From a virus (lineage: Duplodnaviria > Caudoviricetes): a DNA stretch of 35,860 nucleotides. This document shows, one piece after another, positions 24,067 to 32,328 of this stretch (the first letter of the stretch is position 1; the number at the start of each line of letters is the position of its first letter). Under the pieces are notes generated by a model that saw only the letters and a list, made by a program, of their open reading frames with translations, was not told the DNA's origin and made no database searches. The stretch is taken from the IMG/VR virus record IMGVR_UViG_3300020397_000862, positions 1 to 35,860 of that record; one strand, 5' to 3'. A program made the translations under genes and the position numbers.

Positions 24067-26402
24067 ATTGCACATGCCTCGCAGTCTTCTTCTTCTTGGT
24101 TTCTATCATAACCTGACATCACATCAGCAGCATCGTCAACAGCAGAAGGTAATGATTCTATTTCTTCATCACCTTTCATATCATATGTATTTTGATAATA
24201 AGATGTTTTCCAGCCGTACTTATATGTGTTTAACATATCTCTTGCCATTACTGACAATGGAACTTCGTTGTTCTCGAACTTTTCTGGATTGTATGACCAA
24301 TTACCACTTATGGCTTGGTCAAAGAACTTCTGCATAACAGATACTACTTTTATATATCCATCATTGTTGGGCATATCCCATAAAAGTGTATAAAAATTCT
24401 TTAAATGTGAGTAACCAGGTACTATTTGTTTTAATGGACCTTTCTTTGATTTCTTAATTGATAGATAGTCTCTTGGTGGTTCTATACCATTTGTTTCATT
24501 TGATACCACACTTGAACTTTCACTTGGCATCTGAGCCGATAGTGTTGAGTTTCTTAGACCATGTAGTTGTATCTCTTCTCTTAGTGTTTCCCAATCTAAT
24601 TCATAGTTTGGTTTGACTAAATCATCTACATCTTGTTTGTAGTGGTCAATCGGTAGTAATCCTTGAGAATACTTAGTCTCATTGAATCTAGCACAAGGCC
24701 CTTTTTCTTTAGCTACTTCCACACTACCTTTGAGTAGATAGTATTGAAAATGTTCACTAAGTCTATGTACTATTTCTAGAGCTTCTTCGTCACCATATTT
24801 AACTTTGTTCTTGGCCAGATAATGTGCTAGACCGATATATCCTACACCTAAACTTCTTCTTGATTCAGTTGATTGTTTAGCTGCTATGATTGGATATTTC
24901 TGATAATCTATGACTTCATCAAGAGCCCTAACAGCCAACTCACATAACTCTGGTAGCTCTGCTAGGTCATTTGACAAACTACCTACATTTATCGCTGAAA
25001 GTATACAGAGAGCAATCTCTGCATCGTTATTTTCATCAATATGTTGTAATGGTACGGTCGGAAGTGTGATTTCTTGACATAAGTTAGACATTTTCACTAC
25101 ATTACCTTCGAATGAACTATGACTATTACAATGGTCTATGTTCATGATGTATATTCTACCTGTCTCAGCTCTTTCTTTGAGTAGGTCCATAAACAACTCT
25201 TGAGCTGATATCTTTTTCTTTGGTATTGAGTATGCTCTTTCATACTTCTCATATAGTTCATCAAACTCTTCACCACCAAAAGCGTCATATAAATCTGGAA
25301 CATCATGTGGTGAGAATAGAGTTATATCTTCATTTCTTAGGAATCTTTCATAGAATAGTTTAGATATTTGGATTGAGTAATCAAGTTTTCTTACTCGATT
25401 ATCATCTGACCCTTTATTGTTTTTAAGAACTATAATATCTTCTATCTCAGAATGCCATATTGGGAAGTGAACTGTGGCAGAACCACCTCTAACTCCGTTC
25501 TGAGTACAACATCTTACAGTTGATTCAAACTTTTTGAGAAATGGTATAACGCCTGTATGTTGAACTTCGCCACCTCTTATCTTCGACCCCAACCCACGGA
25601 TTCTACCAGAGTTGATACCGATACCAGCCCTTTGTGCAACATATTTCCCAATAGCCATATCAGAAGTAAAAATACTATCCAAAGTATCATCACTATCAAC
25701 CAAGACACAACTAGCAAATTGACGAAGAGGCGTTCTAACACCTGCCATAATAGGCGTAGGGATATTGATTTTGAATGTTGATATAGCTTCGTAATACTTC
25801 TTAACATATTTTAGTCTCTTTTCAGGTTTGTAGTCTCTAAACAGAATAGCCGAAATCAACATATACATATATTGAGGTGACTCATACAGTTTACCCGAAG
25901 ACCTATCTTGAACTAAGTATTTATCTACTATCTGTCTTAAACCCGCATATGTGAAATCCATATCACGGTCATGTTTAAGATAACTATTGATTGTATCCCA
26001 TTCTTCGTCACTATAATAGTTTACTATATGGTCGTCATATACACCTTGATTGATATTTCTTATAACTATATCTTTGATATGTGGATATATCTCTGCGTCT
26101 TTCCATTTTGTATTGAATACATCTTTACGAATTTGAAATAGTAGTAGCCGTGCTGCTACATACTGATAATTAGGTGATTCAAGTGATATCAAATCTGCGG
26201 CAGATTTTATCAGTATATCTTGTATCTCTTTCGTTGGCATTCCATCATAAAACTGTAGACCACTATTCATTTCTACAGAAGACTCAGAAACACCTGCAAT
26301 ACCTATACAGGCTGCTTCAACCATTTTATGAACTTTTTCTAGATTTATAGGCTCAACAGAACCATTGCGTTTAACTACTTTAGTTTCACTTTCAACTACC
26401 AC
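24063..26402 (-). CDS. nrdA: Ribonucleotide reductase class Ia alpha subunit with ATP cone
   Basis: VVKRNG cone, PTPIMAG, QFASC, SNLCQEI, MPSESSS, KTSYY, C-terminal CEAC. No intein seen. Confidence 0.98.
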   Translation of the reverse strand: MVVESETKVVKRNGSVEPINLEKVHKMVEAACIGIAGVSESSVEMNSGLQFYDGMPTKEIQDILIKSAADLISLESPNYQYVAARLLLFQIRKDVFNTKWKDAEIYPHIKDIVIRNINQGVYDDHIVNYYSDEEWDTINSYLKHDRDMDFTYAGLRQIVDKYLVQDRSSGKLYESPQYMYMLISAILFRDYKPEKRLKYVKKYYEAISTFKINIPTPIMAGVRTPLRQFASCVLVDSDDTLDSIFTSDMAIGKYVAQRAGIGINSGRIRGLGSKIRGGEVQHTGVIPFLKKFESTVRCCTQNGVRGGSATVHFPIWHSEIEDIIVLKNNKGSDDNRVRKLDYSIQISKLFYERFLRNEDITLFSPHDVPDLYDAFGGEEFDELYEKYERAYSIPKKKISAQELFMDLLKERAETGRIYIMNIDHCNSHSSFEGNVVKMSNLCQEITLPTVPLQHIDENNDAEIALCILSAINVGSLSNDLAELPELCELAVRALDEVIDYQKYPIIAAKQSTESRRSLGVGYIGLAHYLAKNKVKYGDEEALEIVHRLSEHFQYYLLKGSVEVAKEKGPCARFNETKYSQGLLPIDHYKQDVDDLVKPNYELDWETLREEIQLHGLRNSTLSAQMPSESSSVVSNETNGIEPPRDYLSIKKSKKGPLKQIVPGYSHLKNFYTLLWDMPNNDGYIKVVSVMQKFFDQAISGNWSYNPEKFENNEVPLSVMARDMLNTYKYGWKTSYYQNTYDMKGDEEIESLPSAVDDAADVMSGYDRNQEEEDCEACAI

Positions 26403-27405
26403 TTACTTTACTCCAGTCACTTAAAGCCATTCTGGCTTGTAAACCAGAGACTTTGTTTTTATCTATCATTTGTAGTAGAACATTTGAACTTAGACCGCTC
26501 AAAATCATATCATTGATATCTTTTTCAACAATACTTTTTGGCCACATGCAGATGGTAAAACCATCATCAATCATCTGACCCATTTTTTTAACTATCTCAG
26601 GATTCCTAGGCTCGTTATCAAATACTACGACTGCCTGAGAGACAGGTACTATATTTTTTAGTTTCGTAAAGTCACTACCTGCAACTGCAATTGAGTTAGG
26701 TAGAAATAAACTATCAATGGGGCCTTCTGTAACATAAACTGTATTATTGAAATCGACTTTTCTAAGTCCGTAAATAAGAGGTAATGTTTCATCTATCTTT
26801 AATGTTAAATACCGTAGTTCGTTGTTATTAAGAGCCCTACCTGAGATTCCAACTAGTTGACCTTGTCTTGAATAGAAAGGAAATACTAGTCTTGGGTCTG
26901 TTCCAAATACTCTATCCTTATACTTATAATCTAAAGATGCCAGACTTTGGCTATGTTCTATATAGAACAAATCGTCCCATTTATCTTTAGGTATATTTCT
27001 TATATTTAGGTAATCTCTAGCTTGTTCTGAGTCAATAGCCTTAATACAACCTACTTTTTTTAGTAAGTTTTCTTTTTGTGTTCTTGTTCTTTTACTACTT
27101 TCTCTTTGTAATGGTTCATACTTTCTATTAGACTTCTTGTCAAACTTCTCCATACAATACTGTTTATAGAGTTGACTATCTTGTTCTTTGAGAAAGTTTA
27201 CGAAACCCTTTGACTCACCACAGTTATGACACTTATATACAAAACTTTCTTTGTATACGAAATGATAACCTCTAGCTTTGTGTTCATTCTTTTTACTATC
27301 ACCACAATAAGGGCATGAATGATTCAAAAGATTATCATCTTTCCATTTTGAATTTCTGAATCTGCTAGAAATCAAACGCAGATATTTTTTATCTACCCAT
27401 AACAT
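26392..27405 (-). CDS. gp61: DNA primase, T4 gp61
   Basis: CPYCGDS...ARGY...YKCHNC zinc finger; TOPRIM EGPIDSLF, FDNEPRN, KDINDM. Confidence 0.95.
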   Translation of the reverse strand: MLWVDKKYLRLISSRFRNSKWKDDNLLNHSCPYCGDSKKNEHKARGYHFVYKESFVYKCHNCGESKGFVNFLKEQDSQLYKQYCMEKFDKKSNRKYEPLQRESSKRTRTQKENLLKKVGCIKAIDSEQARDYLNIRNIPKDKWDDLFYIEHSQSLASLDYKYKDRVFGTDPRLVFPFYSRQGQLVGISGRALNNNELRYLTLKIDETLPLIYGLRKVDFNNTVYVTEGPIDSLFLPNSIAVAGSDFTKLKNIVPVSQAVVVFDNEPRNPEIVKKMGQMIDDGFTICMWPKSIVEKDINDMILSGLSSNVLLQMIDKNKVSGLQARMALSDWSKVSGS

Positions 27406-27413
27406 ATGGTGCC

Positions 27414-27442
27414 ATTATAAGGCCTAAATGTGATTCTGTAAA
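27414..27442 (-). promoter_or_regulatory. Sigma70-type promoter of the primase-nrdAB-aox operon
   Basis: TTTACA N17 TATAAT, 8 nt before ATG 27405. Confidence 0.6.
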
Positions 27443-27446
27443 GGGT

Positions 27447-27968
27447 TTATTTTGTGACTTCGCCTGCTATGGCTTTTTTATCATTGATTGTAACACTTCG
27501 ATAATAGATAACTACTTCTTGAACTTCTCTAATGTATCTTCTAAGTTCTTGCATATTGAATGCCATGAGTTCGTAGTCTTCAACTGATATAGCAAAGAAT
27601 ACTACATCACCACTATTAGCTTTCTTAACTTCATCTAGAAACTTATCAAGATATGTGTAATCTGCTGGCCAATCTGGATTCTCTTTTCCTAAATCACATA
27701 ACCAAGTACCGTCTTCTTGTTTAGTTCTAGGTCTTTTACCTTCTTCGTTCTTTATACACGGATTAGGTATCTTAGCTGATGATACTACATGCCATACAGG
27801 TTCTTTCAAATCAATGTTTCTAGGCATTGTAGGTTGAATGATATCTATCTCTATAGGTTTAGATGATACCTCTATCTTTTTAGCCCCACCTAGTGTGGAA
27901 CACCCACTAATTGTTAGGATTAATATCGCCGGAAGGATCATCCAACGAGTCAAGTTCTTTACTATCAT
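27447..27968 (-). CDS. Probable o-spanin (Rz1-like lipoprotein)
   Basis: Lipobox ISGC, Pro-rich linker, DYE.MA.NMQELRRYI.....VI.YY; overlaps the i-spanin gene. Confidence 0.7.
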   Translation of the reverse strand: MIVKNLTRWMILPAILILTISGCSTLGGAKKIEVSSKPIEIDIIQPTMPRNIDLKEPVWHVVSSAKIPNPCIKNEEGKRPRTKQEDGTWLCDLGKENPDWPADYTYLDKFLDEVKKANSGDVVFFAISVEDYELMAFNMQELRRYIREVQEVVIYYRSVTINDKKAIAGEVTK

Positions 27969-28302
27969 TTTCTATACTCTCAAATACTGCTTTAGTAGCG
28001 TCATTCGCTCTTTTTTCTATCATACCAGGTTTGGCGATAGCTAGTTTATTTAAATTATGTCTTCTGAATATGTCCATGTATTGGTTCATCTCTTGTTCTA
28101 TCTGAGCGTTTCTACTAGATAGTTGATTAAGAGCTTTACCTTGTTTCTCATAAGACTCTTTCATGACTTTCATAGCCTCTTCTTGTTGTGCTATAGCACC
28201 TTCTAGTGCTATATTGTTAGCTGTCAAAGTTTGATTAGCATTGTATAACCAATAACAAGCTATACCCAAAACAAGAACTAGACCCATAAAAAATTGTTGC
28301 AT
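27907..28302 (-). CDS. Probable i-spanin (Rz-like)
   Basis: N-terminal TM plus coiled coil; LA.AKPG.IE.R.N. Confidence 0.7.
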   Translation of the reverse strand: MQQFFMGLVLVLGIACYWLYNANQTLTANNIALEGAIAQQEEAMKVMKESYEKQGKALNQLSSRNAQIEQEMNQYMDIFRRHNLNKLAIAKPGMIEKRANDATKAVFESIENDSKELDSLDDPSGDINPNN

Positions 28303-28517
28303 TATGAATATTCCTCAATGTATTCTCTTAATTGACCAACTGTTAGAAGTCTTTCAGCTTCTTCATCTGGTATTTCAATCTCATAGTTTGATTCAATAGC
28401 CATTACTAATTCAACTATGTGTAATGAATCAGCACCTAAATCTTCTTGGAAATTAGCACTATCGTTGACTATATCAATATCACAACCTAATGCTTCTGCT
28501 ATTATTTTTTCTAACAT
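28302..28517 (-). CDS. acpP: Acyl carrier protein
   Basis: F.EDLGADSL.IVELVMAIE..Y.IEIPDEEAE...TV; phosphopantetheine Ser intact. Confidence 0.93.
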   Translation of the reverse strand: MLEKIIAEALGCDIDIVNDSANFQEDLGADSLHIVELVMAIESNYEIEIPDEEAERLLTVGQLREYIEEYS

Positions 28518-28762
28518 TATAACTCCTCTATTCTGTAGTTAAGGCCTTCAGCCCCTCTTATTTCGACTAACTCACCTTCAACTGTTTTAAAATACAAATA
28601 TTTATCTTGTTTTTTGTAAAACTTTTTTACTTCATAAACAACATCATCTGCGTCACCGTAAATATGATTATAACTTACTGTAAGTTTATAATGATGTACG
28701 AATAGTCTGAGAAAAGAATACCAAAGTTCTTTCAGTTTCATCATAAAATCTTTCATCTTCAT
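28517..28762 (-). CDS. Hypothetical protein
   Basis: 81 aa, coupled to neighbours. Confidence 0.7.
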   Translation of the reverse strand: MKMKDFMMKLKELWYSFLRLFVHHYKLTVSYNHIYGDADDVVYEVKKFYKKQDKYLYFKTVEGELVEIRGAEGLNYRIEEL

Positions 28763-29166
28763 TTTCTTTTCTTTATATAATTATATAGGTCTTTTGCAGA
28801 CTTCTTTTTCTTCTTTCTAACGACTACTACTGAACTATCATCACCTGTACCTGCTATATGTGGTCCTGTGACTGTACCCATTTCTTCGTTCTCTATATCG
28901 TTATCAAATTTTAGAAATAATCTATTTTTGGCTTGTTTCTTATCTGTAACTTTAGCGTTTACTATTTTTGCTATCTGATTTATGAATCCTAGACCATCTT
29001 TTGCGTCTCTTCTGTATCTTTTACCCATTTCTGATTTTAACTTTGATGTTATTTGGTCTAGAATATCATCAACAGTAGATACTATTTTTCCGTCTTTTAT
29101 AGGTTGGGCAGAGGCACCTTTTAGAACCATTCTTTTTTTCTTTTTAGGTGCCTTGTCCATTTTCAA
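28759..29166 (-). CDS. Basic hypothetical protein
   Basis: EE-MGTVTGPHIAGTGDD...RKKKKK; start uncertain. Confidence 0.65.
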   Translation of the reverse strand: MKMDKAPKKKKRMVLKGASAQPIKDGKIVSTVDDILDQITSKLKSEMGKRYRRDAKDGLGFINQIAKIVNAKVTDKKQAKNRLFLKFDNDIENEEMGTVTGPHIAGTGDDSSVVVVRKKKKKSAKDLYNYIKKRK

Positions 29167-29862
29167 TTAAAACCTATAACTTAGATTGAGTACGAATCTA
29201 TCGTGCCAGTCTACGCCTACTACCTTATTTGGTACAACATGGCAATGACCAACTACTTCTCCATTACAATGACTATATTGAATTGACTTCATTAAGTCAT
29301 CTGAAATGAGTTCGAATCCTAACTCAACTTTATTTTCAAATGGATATGATACTCTAATAGACCTAAAATCTTGGCCATCTTGATATCTTCCATATACAAA
29401 AAATACATCAACAACAGGTATAAAACCAACCTCAATGTCAGCTTGACCGTAGTCTAGACCTTCATCTTCTAAGTTCTTGTAGTAACTCAAGTCTATGAAG
29501 TTATAACCTGCTCTAACATAGGCTTCATTAACTGAATCAAAATGGTCATCCCAATTATAGTTTAGAACTCCCATATCGAATCTGAAATCATCTACTTCTA
29601 TTTTATAACCTGCGTAGAAGTCATACTCTTGAGATGCTTCATTATCAACATACTCAACACTCGAAGCCCAAATACCACCATAGAATCCGTTACTATCGTC
29701 TAGCCAATGGTCATATTGTGCACTTAATTGTACAGCTGAGTCACCATTACTTTGACTAACTCCTCTATAGAAGTATTCTGAATACATACCTACACTTCCT
29801 GACCAACCAGCGAATACTGGTAATGTCATAAGTGTAAACAAAGCTATGAATAAATTTTTCAT
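29167..29862 (-). CDS. TorF/Gcw_chp-like outer-membrane beta-barrel (putative porin)
   Basis: Signal peptide, SEY.YRGVSQS...AVQ, GFY.G.WAS.V, E.DFYAGY, C-terminal Y.F. Confidence 0.8.
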   Translation of the reverse strand: MKNLFIALFTLMTLPVFAGWSGSVGMYSEYFYRGVSQSNGDSAVQLSAQYDHWLDDSNGFYGGIWASSVEYVDNEASQEYDFYAGYKIEVDDFRFDMGVLNYNWDDHFDSVNEAYVRAGYNFIDLSYYKNLEDEGLDYGQADIEVGFIPVVDVFFVYGRYQDGQDFRSIRVSYPFENKVELGFELISDDLMKSIQYSHCNGEVVGHCHVVPNKVVGVDWHDRFVLNLSYRF

Positions 29863-29870
29863 AGTTTCTC

Positions 29871-30440
29871 CTATCTTAAATCATGTCTAGAACAATACAT
29901 CATAGACTGTTTGTCTATGTTATACATACGGAAGACATGAACTCCGTATATCTTGGCCACAGGTTTTGTACCTGTGTAGATTAGTGTGTCACCTCTCTCG
30001 GCCTCTAACTCTTCATTGATGAACATATCTCTTAAAAGAGTATATTCTTTTTCACTACTTATTTTGTTTCTTGGTTCAAACTCTTCAAGTAGGTCTTTGT
30101 CTAATGCACCTATTTGATTTAGATAGACAAATATTTCTTCGTCTAATTCACTATTCTTTATCTTTGCGTGTTCTTTCAACAAAAACAAAGCAGATGCATA
30201 AGATGCTAGTCTTGTTTTACCAAATGGTAATAGTTCTATGAGTCTTTTTAAATTAAAGACTAGTCTATGGAGTAATGTGAATGCGTTTTTTTCTTCTTTG
30301 GTTTGAGGTTTCTTGGATTTGATTCTTTTTCCGTTATCGTCTATAAGACCAAGTTCCCAAGCCTTCATTTTGTTCCAAGGCGTAGTAAGAATCTTCAATA
30401 TTCTGAATACAATAACTGTGTCTACTGCTCTGTTTACCAT
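29871..30440 (-). CDS. Hypothetical protein (T4-like phage type)
   Basis: VD....FR.LK.LTTPW...A..LG.ID..G, FT..HRLVFNLKRL, LASYA.ALFL.KE. Confidence 0.78.
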   Translation of the reverse strand: MVNRAVDTVIVFRILKILTTPWNKMKAWELGLIDDNGKRIKSKKPQTKEEKNAFTLLHRLVFNLKRLIELLPFGKTRLASYASALFLLKEHAKIKNSELDEEIFVYLNQIGALDKDLLEEFEPRNKISSEKEYTLLRDMFINEELEAERGDTLIYTGTKPVAKIYGVHVFRMYNIDKQSMMYCSRHDLR

Positions 30441-30811
30441 TAAAGTTCTCTAAGTATCTTGGCTACTTCCATATCTATAGGTATATTTATCTCGAAGTCT
30501 TCTTCAACATATCCTAGATATAATAGGCATGTCTTAATAACAGGCCAATATTCCATTTCTATCTTGAATTTCAACATACGAATAGCGTTTGATACGCCAA
30601 AAAGGTTTGATAATATTATTATGTGATTTAATATTAATCTTTCCCTTAACTCACCATTCTTATAGTATCTTTTAAGTAGTCTTTTCAGATATCTAAATCT
30701 TCTGATATCTTCATAAAACTCTTCTGTAGATAAACACTGCGGGTTATTATAGTGTTTAATGGCGAATAAGGTAAAGTTCTCGTCATTTAGTTCATTAAAT
30801 ATATCCATCAT
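30440..30811 (-). CDS. Hypothetical protein (T4-like phage type)
   Basis: NF.LFA.KHY.NPQC...EF.ED..RF.Y.KRL...GEL.ERLILNH. Confidence 0.78.
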   Translation of the reverse strand: MMDIFNELNDENFTLFAIKHYNNPQCLSTEEFYEDIRRFRYLKRLLKRYYKNGELRERLILNHIIILSNLFGVSNAIRMLKFKIEMEYWPVIKTCLLYLGYVEEDFEINIPIDMEVAKILREL

Positions 30812-30838
30812 GTGGATATGTATAACAGTAAAATGCGA

Positions 30839-31270
30839 TTATGCAATCTTACTGTTTAATACAAATCCACCGTTTGGAATTCTTTCATAAGACACATTAA
30901 GATTCAATTCTTTTCCTTCGTTTTTATGTGATATTCCATCATCATCAACGAATTCATCCATAGGTGTGTCTACATCTTTACCAAATCTTCCACCGAATTG
31001 TGTCAATGGAAGACTTAATGAACCACTATCACCTGGTGCTTCGACTTGAACATCAAATTCTAAACCAAGTTTTAAGACTTTATTATATATCTGTCTTAAA
31101 CCTGCTTCGACATTCATAAATTCTTGATTACAAGAAGCTTCGATATAGTTATTTAATCTAGACCTTACTTCTTCATCTTCTATTCGAAACATATCAGGAC
31201 CCACAGGGTCAACTATACCACCATAATTCTGGCTGTATGATTCGTTTATAAAACTTTTAAAACTCTTCAT
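30839..31270 (-). CDS. Probable head-internal protein
   Basis: N-terminus MKSFKSFINE resembles the T4 capsid-targeting sequence. Confidence 0.55.
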   Translation of the reverse strand: MKSFKSFINESYSQNYGGIVDPVGPDMFRIEDEEVRSRLNNYIEASCNQEFMNVEAGLRQIYNKVLKLGLEFDVQVEAPGDSGSLSLPLTQFGGRFGKDVDTPMDEFVDDDGISHKNEGKELNLNVSYERIPNGGFVLNSKIA

Positions 31271-31288
31271 GATATCTAAACCTCGTTA

Positions 31289-31855
31289 TTAAGCTGATAC
31301 TGTTATTGTGCCAGCTGCTGTTCCGATAGCTGAACTATTTGTAATAGTTGCGTTATCAGAGGTACCTGCGTCTTTAACTGTACCACTATTTAATGACATT
31401 GCATTAGTTCCGATTGATAATACATCACCAGCATCAGTTGCAGCGTTACCTGCAGCTATTGTAAGTGAGAATACCAATTCGTTAGTACCTGTTCCACTAG
31501 CATATGATAATGTGTGATTTGAATTATTATCATTTACTACTGTTAGTTGCGGTGTACCTGAAACATCTACGGCTTCGTTGAATCTAACTCTAACTTGTAA
31601 AGTTCCACCATCTGACTTATCAAATGCTGTTGTGATAAATTCAATTTCAGTAATATCTGCAGCTCCAATAGAACTAGCTAGACCACCGATTGCTACTAAT
31701 ATTTCTGGGTCGGCACTTGTGTTACCATTTCCAGATTGTGTAGAACCAGCTTCTACTACCCAACCACTTGCGTTAGCAAATACTTCTTTCTTTTGAGCTG
31801 TAGTTAAATGTTTTGGTTTAGACTCGTCTGAGTCTGTTGCTCCCCATAAAGGCAT
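31289..31855 (-). CDS. Virion structural protein with Ig-like beta-rich C-domain
   Basis: MPLWG...ESKPK N-terminus; V.FNE.V.V.GTP.L...Y.SGTGTN.LVF. Rich in G/S/T/A. Confidence 0.7.
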   Translation of the reverse strand: MPLWGATDSDESKPKHLTTAQKKEVFANASGWVVEAGSTQSGNGNTSADPEILVAIGGLASSIGAADITEIEFITTAFDKSDGGTLQVRVRFNEAVDVSGTPQLTVVNDNNSNHTLSYASGTGTNELVFSLTIAAGNAATDAGDVLSIGTNAMSLNSGTVKDAGTSDNATITNSSAIGTAAGTITVSA

Positions 31856-31874
31856 TTTCTTCTCCTATTTTATA

Positions 31875-32327
31875 CTACCTATTTAGTATTTTAAAGAACT
31901 TATTAAAGCCCTTTTTATCTTTTTGCATCGCTTTTTGAACTTGTCCTCTCTGTTGAGTTTTCAACTTCAAAAGATTCGATACGACTTTTGCGGCGTCTTT
32001 ACCCTTGACTTTGATTTTAGAACCATCATCTAAGATAATCTCTCCAGACCTAAGGTCTGACGCCCCTTTCATTTGAACAAAAACATTTCTATCAGTAGAC
32101 TTTTGCATTCCAGATATATCTTTCTGATTAAAAGTATCTACTGCTGCTCTTGTTATCAATTCATCCTTAGCATCTTTGTATTTACCACCCATTTTCTTGG
32201 ATAGTTTATCAATCATACTAAGTAATTCTTTTTCAGACTTAGCTTTTTTAACTATACTGAAAAGTGCATTGTTACCAGCCTGTGTTGGCATCCCCAAATC
32301 TGGTGCTGGTTTTCCTTCACTTAACAT
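31875..32327 (-). CDS. Basic hypothetical, possible head-internal protein
   Basis: Starts MLSEG; Lys-rich. Confidence 0.6.
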   Translation of the reverse strand: MLSEGKPAPDLGMPTQAGNNALFSIVKKAKSEKELLSMIDKLSKKMGGKYKDAKDELITRAAVDTFNQKDISGMQKSTDRNVFVQMKGASDLRSGEIILDDGSKIKVKGKDAAKVVSNLLKLKTQQRGQVQKAMQKDKKGFNKFFKILNR

Positions 32328-32328
32328 T

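Noticed and set aside
22981-26402. Introns, inteins or homing endonucleases in nrdA/nrdB
   Set aside because: Both ORFs are continuous and of normal length.
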